Sequence record: DRR723986_618
Length of the DNA: 64,000 bases
Strand: one strand, 5' to 3'
Positions 10,461-19,795 of this stretch are shown here, in pieces. A program made the translations under genes and the position numbers. Under the pieces are notes generated by a model. The model was given only the letters and a program-made list of their open reading frames with translations. It was not told the origin of the DNA and searched no databases. Each line of letters opens with the position of its first letter. Position 1 is the first letter of the stretch.

Positions 10461-11720
10461 GTGTCAAAAACAAACCGTAATCACCTCCTCGGCCTGTGCC
10501 TGCTGAGCCTGGCCGCCACGACCTCCTTTGCCCAAGACAGTGCCTTTGACGACAGTGCATTCAGCGACTTCGCCGGTTCCTTGAGCGCAGAGTTTGCCGA
10601 GTTCGAGGCCGCTCAGACACAGGAATGGGATAGCTTCGTCAGCGAAATCCGTGCTGAGCACGACGCTTTTATAGCTGATTTAGAGCGCTACTGGGGCAAT
10701 GAAACCGAGAGCAGCGACCGTAGCAAATGGGTGGAGTACGCAAAGAATCGCCGTATTAAACGCACCGTCGACTTTGAAAGAAATCAAATACGCATCTCCG
10801 TGCTGGGCACACCGGCCCCTGAGGAGATGCAGCGCATCGTCAACCAGCAGCTACAAGCCGCGCTGGAGGCGCGCAGCGACCAGGCGAACCAGGAATACCC
10901 CATTGTGGCACGCATGCAGGAAGCGGCTTCAGCACCGAAACTGCCACCTGTGCCCGTGGTAGCGGAGCTCAAAGAGCTCAGCGGACAAAAAACCGCCCCC
11001 AAAGCCGCCGTAGCATTGGCGAAAAAAGCCAAGATCGATGTTGTTGAGATTAAGCCGGCACCCGCCAAAAAGAAGGCAACCGCGCCAAGCAAACCTAAGC
11101 GCAATAGTACAGCGCCCGCACCCGTACCCGCACCCAAGGAAACCAAAGCCACCGTCGCTGTGATCGACCTTTCCGAGAGCTGGCCGGTGCGCCGCGCCCG
11201 GAAATACAGCGATGCCGTCACCCGCTTTGCGGCAGAAATGGACATTCCCCGCTCACTGGCCTTTGCCATCATGTATACCGAAAGCAGCTTTAACCCGGTC
11301 GCGGTGTCGCCGATCCCGGCCTACGGATTAATGCAAGTGGTACCAGGCAGTGCTGGCCGGGATGTGACGAAACTGCACTTCGGCAAAGAGCGCCTGCTCT
11401 CCCCCGACTACCTGTTTACCGCCGATAAAAACATCGAGGTCGGCATCGGTTATCTCAATATTTTGGACAAGCGCTACCTACGTAAAATTACCGACCCGCT
11501 GAGCCGAAAATACTGCACGATTGCTGCCTACAATACTGGGGCAGGCAATGTCGCCAAGGCATTTACCGGCAAACTCAACATTTCCAGAGCGTCGAAAATC
11601 ATCAATGAGATGTCGCCCGACGAGGTCTATAACACCTTGCGCACCAAGCTGCCCTACGAAGAAACGCGCAAGTACATCAAAAAAGTGACCGCCGCCGAAA
11701 AACAGTTTATGAGCTTGTAA
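10461..11720 (+). CDS. MltC-like lytic murein transglycosylase (DUF3393-like N-domain plus SLT domain)
   Basis: Signal peptide; SLT motifs TESSFNP, GLMQV, AYNTGAG and ETRKY; Pro/Ala/Lys-rich linker. Confidence 0.88.
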   Translation: MSKTNRNHLLGLCLLSLAATTSFAQDSAFDDSAFSDFAGSLSAEFAEFEAAQTQEWDSFVSEIRAEHDAFIADLERYWGNETESSDRSKWVEYAKNRRIKRTVDFERNQIRISVLGTPAPEEMQRIVNQQLQAALEARSDQANQEYPIVARMQEAASAPKLPPVPVVAELKELSGQKTAPKAAVALAKKAKIDVVEIKPAPAKKKATAPSKPKRNSTAPAPVPAPKETKATVAVIDLSESWPVRRARKYSDAVTRFAAEMDIPRSLAFAIMYTESSFNPVAVSPIPAYGLMQVVPGSAGRDVTKLHFGKERLLSPDYLFTADKNIEVGIGYLNILDKRYLRKITDPLSRKYCTIAAYNTGAGNVAKAFTGKLNISRASKIINEMSPDEVYNTLRTKLPYEETRKYIKKVTAAEKQFMSL

Positions 11721-11721
11721 C

Positions 11722-12474
11722 GTGGATAAAGTCGAACTTCACAATCAAAAAATTAGCGCTATCACTAACCGGCTACCCACGTGGTTAGTGTCGTTGGTCT
11801 TGCTGTTTGTCGGCCTCGGCAACTTTACCGACTCGATAGAGCTGATGAAAAACGTGTATGAGTCAATTTCCAGCAAGTTCAGCAACCAAGTGGAATACGA
11901 CCGCACCCGGCACGTGCGCGCAGGGTTAAACCTGGCCTATGTGCAAGATTATATTGGCGAGCCGCAGCTCCTGAAGGAACTTGAGGGCGGCCTGCAAGTG
12001 CGCTACTACATTGATGAGAAATACCTTATTTCTCTGTACACGCAGGGCGAGCGCGTGAGTGCGTATTTAATTTTTGCCCGCGAAGACCATTTCCAGCCGG
12101 ACATGCAGGGCATGAACGAACAGTCGCTGGGCGACAGCTCATTATTCCAACTTCGCCAGAATACCGACCGCGTTGCCTTTGAGCACTCGCGCAACATCGC
12201 CTACTTTCTGGAAAGCAAAGAAGTTAACTTCGGCGGCGGCTATCTCACGAACAGCTATTTAGGCTGGGTAAATTATGCAGCGCAGTTTGGCCCCAGCCCA
12301 TCGCCGCAGCTCGGCGCGCTTTACGATGCAGAAATGCTCGGCGAAAACAGTGCAGGCAAATTAACGGCCGCGCGCGAGCATATACGCCCCAATGCCTTTG
12401 GCTATGGCGAGCTGAGCATTGAGCAACTTCAGCGCGGATTACTTACCAGTGCCGAGCTGAGGTTCTTCGACTAA
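11722..12474 (+). CDS. Membrane-anchored hypothetical protein (resembles ETEC_3214-domain proteins)
   Basis: One N-terminal TM helix; 1-bp gap after the transglycosylase; family call from recollection only. Confidence 0.6.
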   Translation: MDKVELHNQKISAITNRLPTWLVSLVLLFVGLGNFTDSIELMKNVYESISSKFSNQVEYDRTRHVRAGLNLAYVQDYIGEPQLLKELEGGLQVRYYIDEKYLISLYTQGERVSAYLIFAREDHFQPDMQGMNEQSLGDSSLFQLRQNTDRVAFEHSRNIAYFLESKEVNFGGGYLTNSYLGWVNYAAQFGPSPSPQLGALYDAEMLGENSAGKLTAAREHIRPNAFGYGELSIEQLQRGLLTSAELRFFD

Positions 12475-14000
12475 TGACTAACGGAATAAACTGGAAACGA
12501 AGCCTCGCAGGCGTGCTGCCACTCACCTTGGCAGCCTGCTTGAGTGGCAACACCCAGCCGCAGAATACTGCGATCGCCTCCGGGCTTTCTTCACCGACAC
12601 TGCCGTCAAGTAAGGACATCGCCTACGATGACCAAGACCTCGTGTCGCTATTCACCCACGCCAGCCTGCGGCGACATGAAGGCGATTACCGGGGAAGTAA
12701 CCAAGCCCTTGAGCGCGCCTATCAACGCAGCGAAGAACTTTACACTCAACGGCTAAGCGAGTTTGGCAGCGCGAGCTTGCGCAAACCCGGCGCCCTGCCC
12801 TATCGACCCAATTCACTTGAAGTTGGCTTTATCAGCTACCTGAAGGCGCTCAACCATTTCGCCACCGACGCAGACCGACTGCCCTTGCAGCAAAGGGAAG
12901 CCGCAGCGGTAGAAATGCGTCGCCTCGATGTACTGCAAGGCGAAGCGCGCTTTCTCCAGGACATGGGCTTAGACAGCGACAAAAACCGCGACCTGGCACA
13001 AATGGTGGTATCACTGTTCGCCGAACGCACGAACACCGAGTTAAGCCAGGGTATTGTCGATTTGCAAAGCCCCTGGCTGTATGTCGTTTCTGGCATCGTC
13101 TTTGAAATCAATCAAGACCTGGACAGCGCCAGAATCAGCTACCAACGCGCCCTGGATGCGCTGCCAGAGGGCGACCTTTCGCCGCCGCACAGCAATGTAA
13201 AAGTACTCGCTGAAGAGGGCGGTCTGCGCTGTATGCAACAACTCGGCGCAAGCGATCAAGCCATACAAGAGTCTGCCTTTGCCGCACCGGCGCAAGACGG
13301 CGCGCCAACAACCAATAGCTGGCTGATTGAACATCTCGGCACACTTCCGGCGAAAGCCCCTCTGGAAATGCTACTCACCGCCGACAGCATTCAACAGCGG
13401 CTGATCCTGCGGCCAATGATTCGCGGCACAGATGCAGAAAAGCGCCAGCAAAAGCAGCAATTTGCTGGACTGTCACTGCTGTACAGCAGCCCCTACAAAG
13501 ATGCCATTGTCGTCGAGCTCGGCGACAACTGGAGCGCACTGGAAAGTCTCGGCCTTACCGACACAATCGGCGGCGGGATCCGCCTGTTTCTCGACTATTT
13601 CTCGGAGCCACAGCCTCACCACGCCGCTAAAGTCATTGGTGAAAACGGCGCGTTACTGCAAAGCGTTGAACTGGCCGATATCGCTGGCGATCTCCAACGC
13701 TACCAGACCCTCACACTGAAGCGCCGCTTCGAGGAAGCACTGCTGCGCGAAGTCAGTAAATCCGCAGGCTATAAATCGATGACCGGCGGCATTAAGTTAC
13801 CGTTTTCGCTCGGCGGTGCGCTGGCCACGTTCACCGCGGGCGCGGATTTACGCCAGTGGCAGCTTCTGCCAGCCACAATACGCATCACACCACTGCCTGC
13901 AGATTTAGCGGGCCGCCAACTTACTATCACGCGCGGCGACCGCGCTAACTCGCTGATGGTTCCCGCTGACAAACGCCTAATCAGCATTGATCACTACTGA
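12474..14000 (+). CDS. COG3014-like TPR lipoprotein
   Basis: Lipobox LAAC; helical TPR-like N-half (SNQALERA, AAVEMRR, ARISYQRA); C-terminal ADLRQWQLLP; TAATG overlap with the upstream gene. Confidence 0.75.
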   Translation: MTNGINWKRSLAGVLPLTLAACLSGNTQPQNTAIASGLSSPTLPSSKDIAYDDQDLVSLFTHASLRRHEGDYRGSNQALERAYQRSEELYTQRLSEFGSASLRKPGALPYRPNSLEVGFISYLKALNHFATDADRLPLQQREAAAVEMRRLDVLQGEARFLQDMGLDSDKNRDLAQMVVSLFAERTNTELSQGIVDLQSPWLYVVSGIVFEINQDLDSARISYQRALDALPEGDLSPPHSNVKVLAEEGGLRCMQQLGASDQAIQESAFAAPAQDGAPTTNSWLIEHLGTLPAKAPLEMLLTADSIQQRLILRPMIRGTDAEKRQQKQQFAGLSLLYSSPYKDAIVVELGDNWSALESLGLTDTIGGGIRLFLDYFSEPQPHHAAKVIGENGALLQSVELADIAGDLQRYQTLTLKRRFEEALLREVSKSAGYKSMTGGIKLPFSLGGALATFTAGADLRQWQLLPATIRITPLPADLAGRQLTITRGDRANSLMVPADKRLISIDHY

Positions 14001-14008
14001 GTCAAATC

Positions 14009-14602
14009 ATGATGACCTTTCGCTCTCTTACTATCCTTATTCTTTCAGCGCTGCTGTGCGCCTGCGGAAGTAGCAACGTTAAACGCATGGAAAACGGCAG
14101 CCAGCCCGCATTGACCGATCGCTGGAATGCCACCGACTCGCAACTTGTTGCCGAGGCACTGATTAGCGACATGCTGAGCTTTCCCTGGGCGAAATCAAGG
14201 GATGACGGTTCACTACCTGTGATTGCGATTCAACACATCAGCAATCGATCCCACGAGCAAATTGCAGTGGAAACCTTCATCAACTCGATCAAGCGTGAGT
14301 TGTTGCGCAGCGGCAAAGCCGAGTTTGTGGTGACCGGCGCAGAGCGCGAGCGTGTGCGCGACGAGAAGCTCGACCAGGAAATGTTTGCCAGCATGGAAAG
14401 CGCCGTTGAACTCGGCGAAGAGACGGCCGCCGGCTATGCACTGAGCGGTGTTATCACCTCATTAGTAGACCAGCTTGAGGGACAGCGCACGACCACCTAC
14501 CAAGTCGACCTAAAACTGATTGATCTTAAGAGCAACCGCGAAGTTTGGAACGGTCAGAAACAGATCCACAAATACAGCAAACGCGCGAGATTCGGCCTGT
14601 GA
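14009..14602 (+). CDS. LpoB/CsgG-fold lipoprotein (PBP activator LpoB-like)
   Basis: Lipobox LCAC; WNATDSQLVA, ISNRSHEQI and YQVDLKLIDLKSNREVW motifs. Confidence 0.8.
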   Translation: MMTFRSLTILILSALLCACGSSNVKRMENGSQPALTDRWNATDSQLVAEALISDMLSFPWAKSRDDGSLPVIAIQHISNRSHEQIAVETFINSIKRELLRSGKAEFVVTGAERERVRDEKLDQEMFASMESAVELGEETAAGYALSGVITSLVDQLEGQRTTTYQVDLKLIDLKSNREVWNGQKQIHKYSKRARFGL

Positions 14603-15600
14603 AGCATCCACTTGTAGCCGCCAGCAAGCTCGCCGTCGCCAGTTTACTTATTGCCTGCAATACCGCGCTCGCCGCCGCGCCAGACTGGGTTAACCAACCA
14701 CCCCAGCGCAAGGGTTTTGTATTCGGTGTTGGCGCGGCCGACCTCTCACTTGGTCACGCAGCTGCCAGCGAGGCGGCCAAGCTCGCCGCTCGCAATGAAA
14801 TCGCCAGCAGCCTTAAGCTGCAAATTGGATCAGAGCTAACTCTAAACAATATCTCCGACGAATCCGGCAGTCGCAGCGAGTTTAACAACAACATTCGCAT
14901 CCGCGTTCCCGACGTCGCCCTCTCCGACATTCGCATCATCAAAACTGGGGAGGTGGCAGAGCACCAAAGCTTATACAGTTTGGCCGAGCTGGACTTGGCA
15001 AAGGCTGCGGAGCGCGTCGCCAGTGAAATTCGTTCACTGCTCGCGCAAACCTCCCCAGCCATCGACAGCACTTCGCTAGCCACTGCTCTGCGCGGCCACT
15101 ACCGCGCGCTAGAACGCCAGCTCAATTTTCAGTCATTGCTGTCCCAGTATCGACTACTCGACGGCAAACAGCCGTTTAACGATAGCGCACTCAACAATGA
15201 CGCCGAGCGGGCACTGAAATTTTTCGACAACTTGCTGATTCACATAGCGCCAAAGGATGAAGACAGCAAAAAAGTGGCGCGGAACATCGCCTCAGAACTG
15301 GCCGCGAAAGGCCTACAGGGCAGCGAAAGCGCTACGCAAGCGAAGCTTCAGCTGTCCATGAACAGCCAGAGAAGGACGATGGAGCGCAATGGCGCGCATT
15401 TTTGCCGGATAAAAACTGATGCGACACTCAGCGCGAATACACAGCATTTGAGCGCCGCCAGTCGCTCGGCAAAAGCGGTTTCCGGTGACCCTGAAATTGC
15501 CTGCCAGAAGGCCGCGGAGAAGCTCAGTAAAGTTGTCGCCGCCGACATCATGAACACATTTTGGAACACATTAAAATCACCGTCACCAAAGCAAAACTAA
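14599..15600 (+). CDS. Exported LPP20-domain protein
   Basis: GTG start overlaps the lpoB stop (GTGA); signal peptide; APDWV..PP...GVG.A...A...ARNEIA LPP20-like N-domain. Confidence 0.72.
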   Translation: MKHPLVAASKLAVASLLIACNTALAAAPDWVNQPPQRKGFVFGVGAADLSLGHAAASEAAKLAARNEIASSLKLQIGSELTLNNISDESGSRSEFNNNIRIRVPDVALSDIRIIKTGEVAEHQSLYSLAELDLAKAAERVASEIRSLLAQTSPAIDSTSLATALRGHYRALERQLNFQSLLSQYRLLDGKQPFNDSALNNDAERALKFFDNLLIHIAPKDEDSKKVARNIASELAAKGLQGSESATQAKLQLSMNSQRRTMERNGAHFCRIKTDATLSANTQHLSAASRSAKAVSGDPEIACQKAAEKLSKVVAADIMNTFWNTLKSPSPKQN

Positions 15601-15631
15601 GACGGATAACACCACATAGAGGGTAAGTGAG

Positions 15632-16654
15632 ATGACGAGAAAGGCCTCGGCAATTGCACTGGCAGCCGCAATACTATCAAGCGGCGCACTGGCGCAAGAG
15701 CAAGATCAACGAGCGAGCTTTGGCGACGATGCTAGCTATAACTACTTTGGCGGCGTATCTGTCGGTTACAAATATCAGGAGCTAGAGGCGGACACGATCC
15801 GCGATGCCTATGTGAAAACCGTCGGCCTCAATATTCTGCAGTTCGAATGGTTCCCCGAGCAGGCGACCTGGATGCAAAACGTTAGCTGGCTGGCAGCAGT
15901 GCGCCCCAAGCTGAGCTACGAAATGACACCCGGCGACAGCGCGGAACAAGATGAAATCGCCCAGGCCTCGGATTCAGAAAAAGAAGGATGGACACGTTTC
16001 GTTGCCGACCTCAGCATCGACCCCTTCCAGCTCTTCGGCGGCGAGAAGACCAATCACCGCATCGATATTAATTACGACGTACAAACATTTTTGATTACGG
16101 TGCAAGCAACACGTGATTATTTTTACGTAGAGGATAACGACGCCAAGCTGCTCACCGCCGGTGACAAAATTGACGTCAACACCACTTTTAAAGAAGCGGT
16201 GATCGGCTATAGCAACGAACCCTCACCGGGCCAAAGTTTTATGATGGGGCTGTTCTCGGTGGACTATGAGAAGCCCGTTTCCAGCGATGTATCAACACCC
16301 ATAGAAGCCATTTATAAGGGCGAGTTTGAGGCTACCGGCCTGTATCTGGGCGGATCACTGCGCTTCTTCGGAAACCTGGATGTCAGCCTGCGCTACGACT
16401 TCACCTTCGACGCGGAAGCAAATGTAGACGGCGGCAAATCGCTGACTCGCGACGAGTTCGGTATCGAAGACAGTATTGAGTACGAGTCATATACCCTCAA
16501 TGCCGTTTATGACCTAAGCAAAACACGAGTAAAGCTGCCAATGGAGCTGCGCTTCAACTACACCCAACGCCAGTTCGACGCCTTTGTTGAGGGCTCTACA
16601 TTAAACGACGACCGTATTTTCGGTGTGTCACTGGTCGGCAGCTTCACGCTATAA
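15632..16654 (+). CDS. Putative outer-membrane beta-barrel protein
   Basis: Signal peptide (ALA-QE); alternating amphipathic strands rich in Y/F/G/D; C-terminal IFGVSLVGSFTL. Confidence 0.65.
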   Translation: MTRKASAIALAAAILSSGALAQEQDQRASFGDDASYNYFGGVSVGYKYQELEADTIRDAYVKTVGLNILQFEWFPEQATWMQNVSWLAAVRPKLSYEMTPGDSAEQDEIAQASDSEKEGWTRFVADLSIDPFQLFGGEKTNHRIDINYDVQTFLITVQATRDYFYVEDNDAKLLTAGDKIDVNTTFKEAVIGYSNEPSPGQSFMMGLFSVDYEKPVSSDVSTPIEAIYKGEFEATGLYLGGSLRFFGNLDVSLRYDFTFDAEANVDGGKSLTRDEFGIEDSIEYESYTLNAVYDLSKTRVKLPMELRFNYTQRQFDAFVEGSTLNDDRIFGVSLVGSFTL

Positions 16655-16668
16655 GAGGGGACACAGCC

Positions 16669-18909
16669 ATGAAAAAATTCAATATTCTAGCGTCAGCGGC
16701 TGTAGCCCTTGGGCTCAGCCTCCAGGGCTGCGTATTTGACGAATCAGGTACCGAGTACAAAGAACCCAACGCCAATACCGAGCCCGTCATTAACCTGAAT
16801 TACGACCCGCAATTGTCATTGAATACCTACCTCACTTTTGAGGACGACAGCGCGGATATCGCTGTGACGTTTGGCTCACAGGAATTTCGCTTTCCCGATC
16901 GCTCGGAAATGCGCCTGAGAGGATTCGGCGACTTTGAAACGGATCGCGTCTGGAAGACCTCCGTCATCGAAGATTCGCGTGGTATCAAGACCCTGCGCCT
17001 GGGCTACTATGTCGTGACACCGAATAGCAACGACATCAGCGCGCCAATTTTCCATAACTTTGCCAAGGACAGTCGCGGCAACATCTACTTGACTGAAACC
17101 GCCGAACAACTCAAGTCAGACCTGGGTGTGGCGCCCTTCAGACAGCCTCAACCCGCCCTGCTATTCCCCGCCAAGGTTGAAGTTGGTGACAGCTGGGTAG
17201 CTGGCCCCACCATCGTACCGCTGTTTTACAACTTCAGCTCAGGCACCGGCTGGACGGCAACCCTCATTGACGATGATGCGACAGCGCCGATCAGCGGTGA
17301 GAAGAACTGCATCGTTATCAAATACTACGGGGAGCGCTTTTCCTACTATCTGTATTTGAAAAATGGCCTCGGTGTTGTTGAGTGGACCAACTCCTGGGAA
17401 GAGGGCCAGGACGGCACGGTGGTACCTATCAACGGTTGGGCGCGCAGCAAAAATGGTGACGGTACCACAGCCATTGACTACACCGACTTCGGTTGGTCTT
17501 TCGATGACAGCAACCCCGTTGGCGCAGTGCTTTACTCCATCGGCTTGAAAGTCGTCGATGGCGAGGAAGCCAACGCAGATGCTGGCACGACCTCGCCGGT
17601 CAACGATTCTGGCTACAACTTCACCCGCGTGATTGAAACCAGCGCTCCGACGTCAAACACCTACCCCGCCCTGCTCGACCTGCGTCTCCCAGACGAGCGC
17701 GGTGAGGAGCGCATCGACTTTACCGAAAGCAAATGGGATAGCCTGGCAGGCAAATACTACCGCCCACTGGTTCGCATCAGCTTTAACGGCAAGACTTATT
17801 CTGCCGACCAAAGCAATGGCAGCTTTGAGGTGGAAAAACTGTACAACCAACCCTTTGGCCCTGCGCGCCTGGCCTTTCTCGGTCGCGGCACGCTGGTCAA
17901 TGAAGCAGACGCAGCGGACAGCATGGAATTTGTCGGCTTGCTGGAAGGCAACTACCTCAATGCAGGCCCCGATGGCCTGACTTCGGACTTTGCCATCTTC
18001 GGCTTGGGCCCGGACCGTCGCCTGCCTGCCGCCAAACCCGGCAGCACCTATCGCATTTACATTGGCTACGCGAACCTCAACGAGCCCTTGCGCGAGCTTT
18101 TGGAAATGGACCAGGCAAGCATTGATGAATTCAATTTGGATGAGTCCCAGCTGGGTTACACAAGCATCTGCTACGGCAATCGCACCAGCACGGACGGCCC
18201 CTGCAATAGCGGTAATGTCAGCTTTGAGATTCAAGTTCCCGATGTCGAGGGCGAGCTTGGCTTCCGCATTGGCGGCAGAAATAGCGCAGGCGAAATTAAG
18301 TCGGCCAGCCAGCTGTTCTACCTCCCCGTCAGCAAGGATGCCGGCAGCAAAGGTGCGCTTACCGCACGTTTGTATGACCAATACAGCGATGTCATTCGCG
18401 GCTCACTCGATAATAACGGCGAATTCAACACCGGTATTCTCAATGCGCTGTCGTCAATATCGCCGAGCGGCAATATCGTTAAATACAGCTATGACTTAGG
18501 TGATGGCACAGTCGTCGATGACGGTATTCCATTGGGTAATCACACCTATACACAAGACGGTGAGTTCCAAATTAAACTGACGGTTACCGACGACCAGGGC
18601 AACACCGCCACGGCGTCACGCAAAGTGGTTATCAGCAATACCGGCAAGTTGATTATTCGCAATATCGCCAACGACTTTAGCAGCGGCGCCTTCACTATCG
18701 GCATCGATAACATTGATGAACCCGATGGTTATTACGACTACTACAAATTCGTTATTCTCGACAAAGGCGAAGATGAAGTCTTTGAAGTACCGGGCGGCGT
18801 GAACTACGAAGTCGACATTATCGACAACGGTGAAGTTGTGTTCACTGACGAGCGATTTGTGGACAACGCCGAGGAAGTCGTCGTTGAGGTTGATCTGGAC
18901 CAAGACTAG
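16669..18909 (+). CDS. Large acidic lipoprotein with a C-terminal PKD domain
   Basis: Lipobox LQGC; YSYDLGDG...HTYTQDGEFQIKLTVTDDQG PKD signature. Confidence 0.8.
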   Translation: MKKFNILASAAVALGLSLQGCVFDESGTEYKEPNANTEPVINLNYDPQLSLNTYLTFEDDSADIAVTFGSQEFRFPDRSEMRLRGFGDFETDRVWKTSVIEDSRGIKTLRLGYYVVTPNSNDISAPIFHNFAKDSRGNIYLTETAEQLKSDLGVAPFRQPQPALLFPAKVEVGDSWVAGPTIVPLFYNFSSGTGWTATLIDDDATAPISGEKNCIVIKYYGERFSYYLYLKNGLGVVEWTNSWEEGQDGTVVPINGWARSKNGDGTTAIDYTDFGWSFDDSNPVGAVLYSIGLKVVDGEEANADAGTTSPVNDSGYNFTRVIETSAPTSNTYPALLDLRLPDERGEERIDFTESKWDSLAGKYYRPLVRISFNGKTYSADQSNGSFEVEKLYNQPFGPARLAFLGRGTLVNEADAADSMEFVGLLEGNYLNAGPDGLTSDFAIFGLGPDRRLPAAKPGSTYRIYIGYANLNEPLRELLEMDQASIDEFNLDESQLGYTSICYGNRTSTDGPCNSGNVSFEIQVPDVEGELGFRIGGRNSAGEIKSASQLFYLPVSKDAGSKGALTARLYDQYSDVIRGSLDNNGEFNTGILNALSSISPSGNIVKYSYDLGDGTVVDDGIPLGNHTYTQDGEFQIKLTVTDDQGNTATASRKVVISNTGKLIIRNIANDFSSGAFTIGIDNIDEPDGYYDYYKFVILDKGEDEVFEVPGGVNYEVDIIDNGEVVFTDERFVDNAEEVVVEVDLDQD

Positions 18910-18931
18910 TTAGCAGTATTATTGCAACCAC

Positions 18932-18960
18932 AAAAAAGCCCGCCAATGGCGGGCTTTTTT
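18932..18960. terminator. Bidirectional intrinsic terminator
   Basis: AAAAAAGCCCGCC-AAT-GGCGGGCTTTTTT between convergent genes. Confidence 0.9.
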
Positions 18961-19009
18961 GTGCGCTTACGGTCGCGGCGTCAGCGACCCATAGCATTTA
19001 CGCAACGTA

Positions 19010-19585
19010 TTAGCGCGCCATTTCTTCGTTCAGCTCCTGCTGAGCTTGTGCGCCCTTAAATTGCTGCAAAAGCACCTCTCGGGTATCTGGCTGCACCTGG
19101 CGCTCACTCGCGGCCAACAGGTTATCAAACAGTGCCAGGGTTTTATCGCGCCCCATTGTCACCAATACACACAGGTTTTTCTTACCGTCGATTTCAACAA
19201 ACTCCACACGCTCAGCTCGTGTACCAATCAGCGTCTGCTGGGTAAGTTGCTTCGCCACCGATGAGAAGGTTGAGCCGCTGGATACACCGCTGGACACGTC
19301 CGTGCGCTCGCGAAATACCTTGTCCAAAACTGCAACTTTCGTTTCTAGCTGTTGGGCTAAATCCGTCCGCGCATTGGCAACGGCAAGCTGGCGGTCGATC
19401 GACATATTACTGGAATACGGCACGCACTGAGCACTGGCAAAACCATCGTCAATGTAAGGATTCATCACCCACTGAGGGAGTCCACCCGCACCTTGTTGTG
19501 ACTGCTGCGTATCTGCTGCCTGCTCGGTGCTTGCACACGCCGTCATTAGCACTGCGCAAGTCACACCTATTATTTTCTTCTTCAT
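19010..19585 (-). CDS. LPP20-family lipoprotein
   Basis: True start is MKKKIIG (GGAG SD); lipobox MTAC; LPQWVMNP...A.ANARTDLA motif. Confidence 0.8.
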   Translation of the reverse strand: MKKKIIGVTCAVLMTACASTEQAADTQQSQQGAGGLPQWVMNPYIDDGFASAQCVPYSSNMSIDRQLAVANARTDLAQQLETKVAVLDKVFRERTDVSSGVSSGSTFSSVAKQLTQQTLIGTRAERVEFVEIDGKKNLCVLVTMGRDKTLALFDNLLAASERQVQPDTREVLLQQFKGAQAQQELNEEMAR

Positions 19586-19752
19586 TAAGCACTCCAATAT
19601 CCACGAGTAATACACATCGGCACAGTCCAAATTAGGTGCCGACGTATTTCGAGTTCCTGCTCGACTGTTGCATCTCCGGCGCTCAGCAAGCAGACCAATT
19701 CATAGCAACACTCCATCTCCATTTTAGAGGGGAATGCAGCAAATGCACAGGC

Positions 19753-19780
19753 AAAAAAAAGCCGGGCAATGCCCGGCTTT
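19753..19780 (-). terminator. glyA intrinsic terminator
   Basis: AAAGCCGGGC-ATT-GCCCGGC followed by T8 on the minus strand. Confidence 0.85.
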
Positions 19781-19795
19781 GCAACCCAATTTACA

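Noticed and set aside
11040-11150. Repeat-like GCACCC tract in the mltC-like gene
   Set aside because: It simply encodes a Pro/Ala/Lys linker; it is not a regular array.
17653-18381. 242-aa - strand ORF (likewise 20332-21054, 23802-24443 and 37136-37948)
   Set aside because: Antisense shadows of well-supported genes, expected in GC-rich coding DNA.
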